64,000 bases of DNA, taken from positions 23,499 through 87,498 of the forward strand of contig CATLAM010000005.1 of the NCBI GenBank assembly GCA_949878485.1, in the 5' to 3' direction. The stretch comes from an uncultured Eubacteriales bacterium (GTDB taxonomy: Bacteria > Bacillota > Clostridia > Christensenellales > UBA1242). The position numbers and the translations under genes were made by a program. Numbering within the stretch: position 1 is the first letter of the stretch; every line of letters begins with the position of its first letter. Shown here one piece after another: positions 14,001-21,772 of this stretch. The notes below the pieces were generated by a model. That model saw nothing but the letters and a program-made list of their open reading frames with translations, did no database searches and was not told the DNA's origin.

Positions 14001-17000
14001 TGGAATTAACGATTTCGAAAATTTCTGTTGTAACAAAAGGTTTAACCATTTCTTTCACATTGATAAGTCTTATTTGTTTTTCTTGTGCTTTTGTTAAATC
14101 AAAACCTACTCCTGCCTTGTTTACTTTTAAATAAAGGGAATATGTTTCATTAAACAAACTGCCAAGTGCCAAATAATTTGAATTATCCTCAACCTTAACA
14201 TTAAAGTTTACAACATAATTTTTGGCAGAATTAACCACAAAATATGCCATAACCTTTTCGCCAAGTTGCTCCAAGGTTGTTTCCGCATCATTGGAAGAAA
14301 GACTTAAAGTCAAACTTACACTGTCAACCCCAACAAGTTTGAAAGTAAATTCTGTTCCGCTTTCATCAACTTCAATTTCAAAGCCTGTCAAATTTAAGTT
14401 GTCTTTCAAAATTTCAGCAAGATAAATTGTTTGATTGACTGCGTTTGGATTGTAAGTTCTGTTTTTAAAATTGTCATCAACAAAGCCAAAGTTAAGAACA
14501 TCTTCTTCAAACTTCCACATTACAAACAAATCCAAGGCATTTTCATTGTTTAAATTTACGGACAAAATGTTTGCATTAAAGGTTGTGCTTTCAGAAATCA
14601 TTTGCACTTGACCACCACTTGTTGCATAAAGTCCATCAAACTCAAAGCCTTTTCTTGTTATTTTCAAGTTTTTAATCAAGTCGAAAAGTTTAATCCCAGA
14701 AGCATTAACAAATCGTGAATCATAGACAACATCTTCAAACAAATAAACAAAGTCCAAATAATTTTCTTGTGTGCTGATGTCTTTTCCTTCGATTTCGGTT
14801 GCACCATTAACAAATATTCTGACATTGTAATTCAAAGTTTCAAAGTGAGCAAACAATTCAACATTGCCAGTGTTTTTATATTCGCCAAGTGCGTTGAACA
14901 GAACATTGTTGTCCACCAAATTTGCATCTTCATCAAAAATTCTGACTGCTGTGCCATCTGGTTTTGTGAAATACCAACCAACAAAAGAATATCCAGTCTT
15001 TAAAATTTGATTTTTATTTAATATGCTTGTGTTGTCAACACTGCGGTCATAAGTAGCCAAAACAGATGACAAAGTGTAACCGTTTGCAACTGTTCCATTT
15101 TCTTTTGTAATGTTGAAATTCAAATAATAATTATAGGCTTCCCAAGCACGATAGACATGAATCTTGACCAAACTTTCATTTGGAGCGTTTGTAAAGAAAT
15201 TTGAAAGCACAAGGTTGTTTCCTGCAAGAGAGAATGTTCTGCCAGATGTTTCACTTGTTGCTGACCAAAATCCTGTAAAGTTTGGAACATAATATCCCAC
15301 CCTTTGAGTGTAAAGCAAAGATGGATTAACAATTCGTTGAACCCCAGTTTGTGTTCCATTTAAATACATAAAGCCTTTATAACCATCGGCATTATTAAGG
15401 TCAATTTCTGTTTTATTGGTTGCATAATAAACTTTTTCGTCATCAATCTTAAAATATTGACTGAAAAATTGATTGTTTACATCAAAGCCAACCATGTCAC
15501 CATAGCTTCCGCTTACAGTGCCATACTTTTGGTCGCCATATTGGTTTTCAGCGTCGCCTGTTCCTGCATGAACAAAAATTTCAATCTCTTTTTGAGATAA
15601 AACAGGCATTATGTAATAACGAGTAACGTCGCCATTTATTTCCATGTCGGCATTCAACACATCAATGATGTTGAAATAATCGGAGTTGGAAGCATTGTTT
15701 GAATTTTCTGTAATTGCTTCGCCACCAACAGAAATGTATTCTCCACCACTGAAATAGCATAATTCATATCCTGTGAAATAGTAAGCATTTGCCACTCCAC
15801 CATTTTGCTTAACAAAATTAAAGTTAATTTCTTGCCCACTTTTTTTGGAGAAAATGTAATCTTGATTAAAACCTGCCTGTCCATTGAGAAGCAAATCGAT
15901 TTCAACACAATTTATGTTTGAGTTTCCGCGAGTGCTTTCAACCTTAGCCAAGTTAGCCAAAGAAATGTTTACTGTTCTTCTTAAATAAATTGCTTTAACT
16001 ATAAGAGTTCGGTCTGCACCATATTGATTGTAATAAGAAGCATAATCAAAGTTGAATATGTTTGGCAAATCCATAAAAATTCTTTCACCAATTTGCCAGC
16101 CTACAAAAGTGTAACCATGAGACTTTTCACCCAGTTCTGCTTTAAGTTCCACTTTTTGTTGATAACTTAATCCACCAAAAGTTTGTGGTTGAACATTGTC
16201 AACATTTGTTGTGCCGTTAATGGAAATTAAAATGCCAGAGTTTACTTCATCATTATCCAAACTGTTTATTGAAAGGTCTTTTGTTGAATTTGTGAAAACA
16301 GCATCATAACTTATATTATATTCTACATCTTCACAGACAAAAATCACATCGTAATGTCCAGCCAACAGATTTTTTCCATCGCCTTCAGCATAGGTGTAAC
16401 TAATGGATACTGTTCCGTCTGGATTGTAAACAGCCTTTAAATAATTTGTGTTATTGTTGTTGAACGCATCTTCAAATTCTTTATTGTCAGTGTTTGAAAC
16501 TTCCAATTTCAAACTTACTTTGCTTAACTCACCTGTTGAAGAATAAAGATTTAAAACTGAATTGTTGGTGTTTGCAAGGGTGTAATTGCTTGATGGAGTA
16601 AACTTAAATTGAATTGTTCCACCATTGATGACAGAAAAGTTTGGTCCACCATTAATAAATTCCACATCAGGAGTTTCTGCATCAAATGCTTCAAAAGTTT
16701 TAAGTGAAGAATTGTAAGTTGCAAAACTGTATGAAAAATATGCATCTGTGTAAAGTGTTTTAAAACTTAAATCACTTTTAAAAGAGTTGTCTTGTTTAAA
16801 AATTGTCATCAATTTGTTTGGCTTGCCACTGCTTTCTGACTCAACCAAAATTTTTGTATCTCGAGTTTCATAACCTGCAAAATTTGAATAATCAGAAACC
16901 ACTTTTGTGTCATCTTCTGTGGAAACAAGAATGACAAATTCTGAACTTGAAAGTCTGGAAATAGTGGTTTTATCTTTGTCATAGTTTAAAATTGGCAAAT

Positions 17001-20000
17001 TGTCCGCTGTCACATTATTGCCTGTTAAATTGTTTAAGCGTGCCAACATTCCAAGTCTTGTGCGGTCTGCTTGACACTCAAAAAGCGAGCATGTCCAACT
17101 GTCAGCCGTGTAAGTGTATTCATAACAATAATATTTTGCAGAAGACCCAATTCCATATCTGACATAAATGCAATGTTTTCCATTTGACAAAGTAAACACA
17201 GCACTTGGAGCATCAATTTTGTCTGCCCAGTTTTCTCCGTCTTTAGAACTTATAAATGCTTTCTTGACAAAATCATAACCAAAATAAAGTCCTTCATAAG
17301 CATTTTCATCAAGACCAAAAATATTTTCTGCTTTTTGATAAACGCCGTTTGTATAAATCCAAACACCATCATTTGAAACTTGCTTATCTGGAGCCAAAGC
17401 CATATATAAATCATTGTCAATGATTAATTTATTGCTTATTTCACTTACTTGCAAAGTAATGTCAATCACAGCGTCTGCAAGCAAATTATACATAGTCACT
17501 TTCAAATTTTCATTGTTTCGTTTAAGATTTCCAAATCTGGCATCTGGTTCGGTGTAAGTCACAACTGTGTCACCAGAAACACTGTAGCCATCTTGCAATT
17601 CCACCAAAACTTCTTTATAGTTGGTGATTAAATCAGAGTGTTTTGTGTCGACATTAAAAGTAAATGAAACTTTGCCGTCAATTTCAGTGTAACCTTTTAT
17701 CTGTGATTCATCAAATGCTTCAATTGCATTTACAGCCCCACTTTTAAACAATGAAATTCTTTTGACAGCATCAACAAGATTAAATTTATTGTAAGATTCA
17801 TTGTCAACTTTATTGAAACGAATTGTCACAATCTTTGTGGAATCAGCACTGTCGCAAGTTTTAGCCACCCATTTTGCATATAAAGTCGTGTTGGAATTAA
17901 TAAGAAATTCATTATTTCCTTCGTCATCAAGTTTTCTTTCGAAAACACCTTCACTTGTCTCTCGAACAGAATAAACCAATTTTTCAAATTCGGCATCTAA
18001 ATAAAATTCCAAATCCAAAAGTTTAAGTCTGTTTGAAAGTCCTGCATCAGTGGTTTCAAAAACTTCCTTATTGTTGTAAAGATATGTGTCGTTGTCAACT
18101 TTAAAAGTTTTGCTGTATTCGCTTTTTGCGTCAAAATTATTTATTTCATACCTGTTGTAAATGACTTTAACTTCTTTTTGTTTTTCAACAAAATTTGCAT
18201 AAATTCCAGAAACAACTTTTCCGCTGATGACTAAACTTTCTACACCTGTAATAGTAGCAAATCCATTGTCATCACTTGCATCTTTGTAAAAATAGCCACT
18301 TAATTCATTTCCAGCATAAATCACATAATCAGAATCTTCATCTCTGTCAAAGGTTTTGACTGGCAAGAAATTTTCTTTACCACCAATTCCATATGTTTCA
18401 TCTAAACCACTTATGTTTACAACTACGTTGGATGTATCTACCAAAACATGATAGTCACCTTTATAAACTGAACCATTTTTGTTGAAGAATGTTCCGCCTT
18501 GTCCATAAATGGTCAAGTCATAACCTGAAAAGTTTTTAATACCTTTCACAGAATTTGAATCTAATTCCCCGCTTGCTTCTAAATTGTTTTTTCCAGCAAA
18601 AATATGTAATAGATTATCTTCCAACACAGACCCAACAGTGTCTTTATCTGTGTTTGAGTTGTCTTTGCAGTTTATAACATAAGTTTGTTTGTCTATTCGT
18701 CCAATTAAATTGCCAACTTGGTTATCATTGTTTGTTGACCCTACAAAAACAAAATTGGAAATGGTTAAATTTTTAATAACCGCATTTTCTGTAAAACCAA
18801 AAAGACCAGTTGCAGCAAATTGAGCATTTAAAGATGAATTTAAACCTGAAATTGTGTGTCCGTTTCCGTCAAACACACCACTGAAATGAGTGGGATATCC
18901 GATTGGAATCCAAGTTCTGGTCCCAGACAAATTCAAATCATTTTCCAATGAATAATAATAAGAAGAATTTGCATTTTCTGCCAAAACAGTATTTATATAT
19001 TGCAAATCAGCAACAGTCTTAATTAAATAAGGGTTTTCTTTTGTTCCTTCTCCTTGCAATGACACGCTGTTGTCATTGTTTACAAAACTGTTTGCAATCA
19101 AATGAGGAAAACTTCCATTGACCCCACTTGAAATTTTCCAAATCTTGTCAAAATCCCACACTCCATTTGCCCAATATCTTGAGTTTGCATAAAAGCCACT
19201 TGTTTTTGCAAGTTCTTTCAAGTTGTAAACTGCTTTGCTGTCATTTGGCATTTTGTTGTCAGAATAATACCAAACATTGGAAGCATTTGCCAAGCCATTA
19301 AACAAATTGTTTGATGTTGCGTTTGCTTGTTCGTTTTCACGAACTGCTTTTACCAACTCTGTGTTGAAACAATTTGAAACGTTAAGTGTGCCGACAGAAT
19401 TTCCAACAAGGCCACCAACAAAGAATTCTGAAAGGTTATCAGAACTGTCTCTGGCGTTTTCCACAAGTCCACTGTTATAAGATGTGGACACAGAAAGCAC
19501 AGCATTATTTAATCCAACAAGGCCACCTAAATAATTGTCATTCATAACACCTTTAACATCAGAAGCGTTATAACAATTTTGAATGTCAGCATTATTGGAA
19601 ATTAAACCAATAAGTCCACCAACTTTTCCGTAAGAGTTGGTGGTTTCAATTTTTCCGTGACTGGAAGTTAAACTGATCTCTGTTTGAAAAGACGAGTTTG
19701 CCAATTCTCCCATTATGCCACCAACACAAGAATTAACAGAAGCATAGCCAGCAAAATTTAACATTGCACTTGTTGTAATTTCAACATTACTTCTGACATT
19801 TCTTAAAAACCTTACAGTTCCGCCGCCAATCAGTCCACCAACATTTTTGCTTACATTTGATTTTATTTTTCCTTGCACAGAACAGTTTTCAATTCCACTT
19901 GAAGTCCCACCCAAAGTCTGAGCAACAAGTCCGCCAACATAATCAGCACCATGCACATTGAAATCAAAATTACTTAAATGCAGATTTGAGATGCTTGCAG

Positions 20001-20445
20001 TGTTGCCTTTTAAAGACGCAAACAGTCCGACGTTTTTAATTACACTGTCGGACGAACTGTATATTTTTAAATTGTATATGTAATGCCCTTGACCATGGAA
20101 ATTTCCTTCAAAAGAATTTGACGCATTTCCAATTGGTGTCCAAGCCTTAGAGTTCAAATCAATGTCAGATTCCAAATAGACATTATAACCCGCAAACGAA
20201 GTATTGTTGTTTGTAACATTATCTGCAAAATAAGAAAACCCACTGGCACTTCTTATGTAAACTGTTTTTAAAACATCGTCTTTGTAATAATCTTCATAGC
20301 CGACACTTGTTGCATATTCACCGTCCCAAACATCTGCTGAAGGACTGGAAGCATAGACAGAAGATGCTTGGAAATTGACAAATCCAAGCATTCCACACAC
20401 CGCAAACATAAAGACAAAAAGTCCATAAAGCAATTTGTTTTTCAA
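2029..20445 (-). CDS. Giant (6138 aa) secreted, C-terminally membrane-anchored surface protein with GLUG-motif and Listeria-Bacteroides (InlB-B type) repeats
   Basis: One uninterrupted 18.4-kb ORF. TTG start at 20445 has GGGGAG 7 nt upstream. Signal peptide MKNKLLYGLFVFMFAVCGMLGFVNFQASSVYA. GLUG-like repeats: VGGLIGGG, VGGLIGLISNN, LGGLVGLNN, VGGLVGNSVG. At least 10 motifs of the G[YF]xFxGW type (GYTFVGWQ, GYSFVGWY, EGFDFAGWY, GYDFVRWT...). C-terminal TM LWLIFLIIGVCVFLVVMVVVILIINY is followed by RMRKRRK. No LPXTG. Confidence 0.85.
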   Translation of the reverse strand: MKNKLLYGLFVFMFAVCGMLGFVNFQASSVYASSPSADVWDGEYATSVGYEDYYKDDVLKTVYIRSASGFSYFADNVTNNNTSFAGYNVYLESDIDLNSKAWTPIGNASNSFEGNFHGQGHYIYNLKIYSSSDSVIKNVGLFASLKGNTASISNLHLSNFDFNVHGADYVGGLVAQTLGGTSSGIENCSVQGKIKSNVSKNVGGLIGGGTVRFLRNVRSNVEITTSAMLNFAGYASVNSCVGGIMGELANSSFQTEISLTSSHGKIETTNSYGKVGGLIGLISNNADIQNCYNASDVKGVMNDNYLGGLVGLNNAVLSVSTSYNSGLVENARDSSDNLSEFFVGGLVGNSVGTLNVSNCFNTELVKAVRENEQANATSNNLFNGLANASNVWYYSDNKMPNDSKAVYNLKELAKTSGFYANSRYWANGVWDFDKIWKISSGVNGSFPHLIANSFVNNDNSVSLQGEGTKENPYLIKTVADLQYINTVLAENANSSYYYSLENDLNLSGTRTWIPIGYPTHFSGVFDGNGHTISGLNSSLNAQFAATGLFGFTENAVIKNLTISNFVFVGSTNNDNQVGNLIGRIDKQTYVINCKDNSNTDKDTVGSVLEDNLLHIFAGKNNLEASGELDSNSVKGIKNFSGYDLTIYGQGGTFFNKNGSVYKGDYHVLVDTSNVVVNISGLDETYGIGGKENFLPVKTFDRDEDSDYVIYAGNELSGYFYKDASDDNGFATITGVESLVISGKVVSGIYANFVEKQKEVKVIYNRYEINNFDAKSEYSKTFKVDNDTYLYNNKEVFETTDAGLSNRLKLLDLEFYLDAEFEKLVYSVRETSEGVFERKLDDEGNNEFLINSNTTLYAKWVAKTCDSADSTKIVTIRFNKVDNESYNKFNLVDAVKRISLFKSGAVNAIEAFDESQIKGYTEIDGKVSFTFNVDTKHSDLITNYKEVLVELQDGYSVSGDTVVTYTEPDARFGNLKRNNENLKVTMYNLLADAVIDITLQVSEISNKLIIDNDLYMALAPDKQVSNDGVWIYTNGVYQKAENIFGLDENAYEGLYFGYDFVKKAFISSKDGENWADKIDAPSAVFTLSNGKHCIYVRYGIGSSAKYYCYEYTYTADSWTCSLFECQADRTRLGMLARLNNLTGNNVTADNLPILNYDKDKTTISRLSSSEFVILVSTEDDTKVVSDYSNFAGYETRDTKILVESESSGKPNKLMTIFKQDNSFKSDLSFKTLYTDAYFSYSFATYNSSLKTFEAFDAETPDVEFINGGPNFSVINGGTIQFKFTPSSNYTLANTNNSVLNLYSSTGELSKVSLKLEVSNTDNKEFEDAFNNNNTNYLKAVYNPDGTVSISYTYAEGDGKNLLAGHYDVIFVCEDVEYNISYDAVFTNSTKDLSINSLDNDEVNSGILISINGTTNVDNVQPQTFGGLSYQQKVELKAELGEKSHGYTFVGWQIGERIFMDLPNIFNFDYASYYNQYGADRTLIVKAIYLRRTVNISLANLAKVESTRGNSNINCVEIDLLLNGQAGFNQDYIFSKKSGQEINFNFVKQNGGVANAYYFTGYELCYFSGGEYISVGGEAITENSNNASNSDYFNIIDVLNADMEINGDVTRYYIMPVLSQKEIEIFVHAGTGDAENQYGDQKYGTVSGSYGDMVGFDVNNQFFSQYFKIDDEKVYYATNKTEIDLNNADGYKGFMYLNGTQTGVQRIVNPSLLYTQRVGYYVPNFTGFWSATSETSGRTFSLAGNNLVLSNFFTNAPNESLVKIHVYRAWEAYNYYLNFNITKENGTVANGYTLSSVLATYDRSVDNTSILNKNQILKTGYSFVGWYFTKPDGTAVRIFDEDANLVDNNVLFNALGEYKNTGNVELFAHFETLNYNVRIFVNGATEIEGKDISTQENYLDFVYLFEDVVYDSRFVNASGIKLFDLIKNLKITRKGFEFDGLYATSGGQVQMISESTTFNANILSVNLNNENALDLFVMWKFEEDVLNFGFVDDNFKNRTYNPNAVNQTIYLAEILKDNLNLTGFEIEVDESGTEFTFKLVGVDSVSLTLSLSSNDAETTLEQLGEKVMAYFVVNSAKNYVVNFNVKVEDNSNYLALGSLFNETYSLYLKVNKAGVGFDLTKAQEKQIRLINVKEMVKPFVTTEIFEIVNSKNDFEEIMKALGEKYLIRAEQLDTKEKIEDILYRYLMYKYYNMTMTNDGSTQVKFKSEYEYYDFEETYFDVNENNEYINKAIIDNIINSLNFFVSYDYSNFAHSLEVDKYNGNLTLNTPDLTIDKIMFSSSTGDVLTPKSNSVMRIYVTEILSGSLENYNYNTDENGNYINFNEFVFVMPETLKITNSGAKNSYFEPNLSRKMVNWSSKESIKYNDETYYLADNSNANIYVRAYLYTSNAGISDKDVVFSYTDKTNFLYFSIASIILEKDGAYVDVSNYYKLVMDEADTYSILSVAGVAKVNLNATYLTLENGQPVRGNLDELENYNMLSLLSITSVSYAYKYDETNVLKGTISGKDLKIGDNNIEVPSSEDSSVLIPITICVIQQNNDNTVSVYLNRWVTKAEFAINQTQIDNYALYEWCLNENRTYSVNGTMESRNSVTVVPTFDGQTNDVEVDSSSKVFEVNANSENGLSTTDICAVFTDLVYVAYDYNLPPQLISNLALASGTNLKIDVSTLADLRNSYPKDITGVGGLVLGDVTLSSDGKNFLAPSEFFTGDENESVFKGKTGNVHSALTVKSVWTISELTATQNINSLEVAVQSLANLSASDVVSVSANENLYDFVYNWQRDIDGSWKDIETEKPDILTFANGGTVKDSGNYRLTISVKTKDILNGYVEDKTLSQSYDFEINFKKHLVTNIDLPTNLTDVYTSSDLLLTNSSKTSVTLSYKQWNNETGSYDQTIQTSVQNFLTKGSLGFAVKYFANAESTGEDVTEMINTGRYAFSVVPNADIFQLDASMAETYQFDYVVTAYQLELSQIGTLTWSKTFFNSDPALEIVHTYGNDTMTLQFEREAGERTTYTDASGNKVNLYDVWLSSVLNVNLNNYAFKFNGTLIDLESEEKVAVGNFTINAGGALSISYEITDLLPKTLTQTYSGGVYTVEFDEEGNFVINLNGVAVYTIKPVLVDNLKGEVTGDYYEILKNELQNISAYFASSSHTFENGVTNASTYSYQFAVGDFGRYYSTVEFDGAYSFVINRQNIDVSSMDKISKTFDNTNFVYVDLNGNVIEDLSSHVGVYLTATYSTIHAGTDITINLELNYNGEYAESYLANYTLSARTTTGEIKKVDATLTINLNETLDASSFVYGNVSTNNLSLLVDAKQPVNIEVDGVDHTDWLDNLYCTLIYNVDDENVNSNGNVYAGKHVLTASNSLFNDFNITNITGAEFTITAYQFEYTIPANLFIENTVNVVKDVYTTQVSVTGLNETIDLQFEIDDENLVLNDDGTAQNAGNYHLALVGNGLYANDSIQVTISNLDTNKGMTIVAEVNVLYLVIDDISDLSQYYNNKDYHLQLLLEDGKYVLEITSDDESFVTRKLSTHLQNSAGTTVDVADIADVTLNLNVTAKIAGKYALNVTFTGSNILYTNFICGQFFTVEKVKIDVESASFKQALKKQYDGTYTKTISEFDEKISGTNVTILANFNNDPNAGVKDVTLLLQGSDSQNYELKFKDETNKVSGEILKADATIQFVHEYAYGDLSTNKNADNFGVLFDVVLSSDPNVKITQYTISSFNVLSPVISGVNLCVGTYNVNIVISAINYNINFESLDLGSDGNLDLKIVVNKFETNLVLDRNGMVSASYMTDETLTAMFDFSDISSLNEQFTVVLERELNENGSLSDVGYYRVKAGNYTDKSGNYLFRVVDNSEKGAYQITISTETQYLMLAENGNQVNANKVVSTISSPYIGVQFDTINVEYSEELGFYLQISNSLNENDEKIVKQLAFYTFDETANVYNKTNINVVNLNVELAFYSSFVKNVGRYGIYTLASTSGNYQIQVGMKGETICFTLEINERVLTFKDSVLQKTFDNKPATMTYQGYAQLNSVVNGAIENEDLGLLVEFYDGANLAVHTKNNLTVKAILTKPNGSSISLANYKLEGLSADGTVVGVTGSIIRAGLTVVIDTQKFVYGQIVQTGGTDTNLNTLGLTYSCQPDFEYDQNLTLDFALTLPNGVDDFSSARLLKAGNYNLTMTGNFADFEISTVVLNGTTVAYTESLYIPLKVERKMLTVRSLTAQSLSEILTKAYDGTKEINIAGLIGLNGIETDDIVMLAGAEFETAHIGSTVYVNFKLMETGDFENYTVSQAVGSITPIIINVSYNDNTPSGITATSPAKRISEIKFPLSGTNLTTNSNDSSTSSSANFPSTLGGWEGHYLLGWQMTFENVESTSDEYNFLKNYGSYDSATKMFTVSIDNDVRSVNFLNALLNETDGLFENAYFFKGKANINVTFNAVWDVLKYNVSIKVTDRDGSVNSGLGTVDVVVTDENGQTTYDSLTNQTISVAHGASITITANANEHCIFNNIYNRTDNVSSNFANAYTISDVKKNYEIWASFTVDEVDVVLDLSEYKDDITITGGRGLNFTKQGNVFTAKVDYLSFEKLKFSNLPNIANALFDLKGWSDGTDIVLKENFATTDLSNMLPSGKTLTLYAVFTVAITLNFNDGMTNPKIVSLDYGEKYFADANIMTAPTREGFDFAGWYVGETLIDENTEIVDAKAHTISANWTVKKYNISITAQNSSIESEILTQNGNVYTANLEFSTNLTFTVIADAGYEISESGWAKEFNVISYSKTRVTVVLTVPANDVDFVIPTLPLSNHVTLSWNGNVDNIVIKNETDNITLTLDHYNKFNISTGKVVSITITPEVGYTLTENIIFSKQVDYTTKLEKGVLTLTITSIHDDMEMEFEIVEGINKVTFLLGEDLDAYDTLTILGRNYTSDDFTEGKIEVDVYTNTELNVSVKFKHGFMGDGCVSVRYVIENINQVAVDGNYVMTFDVTSIAGDSKISLSTKRLKYNVNLQVVAYDGNGNVTTTTLNDAEIDGYGKTATGILFGNNVTLKLKHRESDYTFVGFADSMTGGDYNILSNAESFVYSVLDNVTVYAVFSTRTYYLSFDVAEYYRIEHTQNGQPAYDVYNKFETKDLPVETITDLSGNAISTAEIKLGMAVTVMFKPIYGFRYYGLGIMDNNIFKPVEVTEHYIDGKVEITISSKNIGSLVGNGSDVVNLMFLVSSYEVSLDVGSYIYIDGNIEDDNYNPHTGKIVLQNSEGNLANEYGYVAGTRVHYLDNVTDNAHFTVIAYTGNDVYLKVNTVRNGYTFFDLITNNQDLTVELVSQQDGAFVYKLSGLVGGLGQNVSVLALFKPQLNTINLSFTDENGKVNGGAIVINVDEFNANKVYSTGDNYSSVIVSAYTDSRFTVFAYVRLGYHIDPINMLIAEDYLVNNVRFTSLSVENTGYTGLLSFEVSNYLDLNNIQINLMPTTYTVNLVDENKTIVKIKNVSYNSVLNLSAENENIEILDNSVGFDDGKLGLVLQKSNYNYEGFFTYAGGSGVQYIDSEGNVVKAWQETGYIFNGLTNKYELSKNATVTDTETEINLYVYFSYFKTRFNFEFVPDITTSYTAEDIISGVDYTNSWFYGASPLYMEVAFDTHITITAPNLNGYRFYKYEIIEKNKNGDVTEFVGNKYSRSVDWSTNESESIVECTVRIYYFAQIQVEVLGGQGSFEIEQTTDDAQGQQLVKDGFVDTERQFTIKATASEGYDFVRWTDAYTGKTYISNNGSLTLSTTEKLMLLLVVKGKPVSLNFNYVADNGVLIDLSTSSGTSVRLGQMVGGEYKIINNNAVVKVGDEVIFRALVNKDFAVNWSSNFGSLPTPTATSYYDEVRQYIFYSLMITPEFVGTPVNLSITFEASMITIVVNSDFTERDKTSNTTDGNDVRFAGRIKFKGNYTDYFKVQYNQNIKIEVEVFEKYKLASVTLRNYNRVFEFNDISNNEILLTIDYLLENKIVGLLQIEVRFTRLLWENETFENTEFKGQGTEEKHYEIWTAEDLSRMMQYINSGKSNADGKKYTNCFFMLMADINLSKEFWTPIGSWNNYFNGTFNFNGHEITGITNAKFFDVTSHNGLFGVLGGNANIIENQTSLWLIFLIIGVCVFLVVMVVVILIINYRMRKRRKAIEGK

Positions 20446-20499
20446 ATTCTTACTCCCCTTTGCAAAGCGATTCTTCTGCCATTATTTTAATCTAATAAT

Positions 20500-20529
20500 A
20501 TTATACTAAAAATATAAACTTTTAAGCAA
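20500..20529 (-). promoter_or_regulatory. Putative sigma-A promoter of the giant gene (-35 TTGCTT, 18-nt spacer, -10 TATAAT)
   Basis: The minus strand reads TTGCTT(20529-20524)-N18-TATAAT(20505-20500), about 50 nt upstream of the TTG start. Confidence 0.45.
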
Positions 20530-20630
20530 GTAAAATTAAAAAATATATATATTATTATAATATATATAAACAGGTAAAATTAAAGAAAAAACTAATAAAT
20601 AAAAGCATGAAAAAATTTGAAAAACTAATT

Positions 20631-20660
20631 AAAAAAACACAAAAATCTGTTGTTTTTGCG
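20631..20660 (-). terminator. Weak AT-rich hairpin plus U-run after trpS
   Basis: The minus strand reads CGCAAAAA-caacaga-TTTTTGTG followed by TTTTTTT. The stem is 8 bp, includes G-U pairs and has low stability. Confidence 0.35.
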
Positions 20661-20674
20661 TCTTTTTTTGGCTT

Positions 20675-21733
20675 TTATTTGGTTTTCAAAAATTTTTCAT
20701 AATTCAAGCCCATTGCATCTTTCATTTTGTTTAATGTTTCTGATGCAACTTCTCTTGCTTTTCTGCCATTTTCAAAAAGCATTTCATAGATTTCATCAAT
20801 GTTTTTTTCCAATTCTTTGCGACGATCTCTGATTGGCTTTAAAAGGTCTTGCAACACATTGTTTAAGAAAAGTTTAATCTTGACATCTCCAAGTCCACCG
20901 CGTCTGTAGTGCGCTTTAAGTTCTTCCAAGTTTTTATATTCAGGAAGATATTTTGCAAAACTCTTATCTGTGGCAAAAGCATCAAGATAAGTGAAAACAA
21001 CATTCCCTTCCACCTTTCCAGCATCACTGACTTTAATATGATCTGGGTCAGTGTAAGCACTCATAACTTTTTGTTTTATAACTTCTGGTTCATCTTTCAA
21101 ATAGATGCAATTTCCAAGTGATTTACCCATTTTGGCATTACCGTCTAAACCCACAAGTCGACGGCACGCTTTGTTTTCTGGAATCACGGCTTCTGGAAGC
21201 GTCAATACATCACCGTAAGTAGCGTTGAAACTTCTGACAATTTCGCGAGTTTGTTCCACCATTGGAAGTTGGTCTTCTCCAACAGGTAAGCAAGTTGTGC
21301 CAAACGCCACAATATCACTCGCTTGACTAATTGGATAGCACATGAAGCCAACAGGAATGGAACTGCCAAATTCTTTTTGTTTAATTTCTTCTTTCACGGT
21401 TGGATTTCGAACAAGCCTTGCATAAGTCACTAAATTCATGAAATACATTGTCATTTCAGCAAGTTCTGGCACTTGTGATTGAATGAAAATGTTGACACGT
21501 TTAGGGTCAATACCGCAAGCAAGATAATCAAGTGCAACTTGAATGACACTGTTTTTAACTTTGTCGACATTGTCTGCGTTGTCAGTAAGTGCTTGAGTGT
21601 CGGCAATCATGATGTAAAATTTTTCATAATCATTTTTTTCTTGCATTTTAAGTCTGTTTGCAACCGAGCCAACATAATGACCTATGTGCAAGTTTCCAGT
21701 AGGTCTGTCGCCAGTTAATATAATCTTTTTCAT
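20675..21733 (-). CDS. trpS: Tryptophan--tRNA ligase
   Basis: Class I aaRS motifs GNLHIGHY (HIGH) and KMGKS (KMSKS), with TrpRS-like N-terminus MKKIILTGDRPTGNLHIGHYVG. I moved the start to ATG 21733 (GGAG 6 nt upstream) rather than the track start at 21745. Confidence 0.92.
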   Translation of the reverse strand: MKKIILTGDRPTGNLHIGHYVGSVANRLKMQEKNDYEKFYIMIADTQALTDNADNVDKVKNSVIQVALDYLACGIDPKRVNIFIQSQVPELAEMTMYFMNLVTYARLVRNPTVKEEIKQKEFGSSIPVGFMCYPISQASDIVAFGTTCLPVGEDQLPMVEQTREIVRSFNATYGDVLTLPEAVIPENKACRRLVGLDGNAKMGKSLGNCIYLKDEPEVIKQKVMSAYTDPDHIKVSDAGKVEGNVVFTYLDAFATDKSFAKYLPEYKNLEELKAHYRRGGLGDVKIKLFLNNVLQDLLKPIRDRRKELEKNIDEIYEMLFENGRKAREVASETLNKMKDAMGLNYEKFLKTK

Positions 21734-21772
21734 TTTAAACTCCATTTTAATTTTTAAACGACAGACACAAAC

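Noticed and set aside
2446-20445. Dozens of 60-135-aa plus-strand ORFs in the track inside the 6138-aa gene (for example 2446-2853, 8311-8601, 9578-9886)
   Set aside because: They lie antisense to or nested within a continuous 18.4-kb reading frame. They have no RBS and a skewed Phe/Cys/Lys/Asn-rich composition typical of shadow ORFs in AT-rich DNA.
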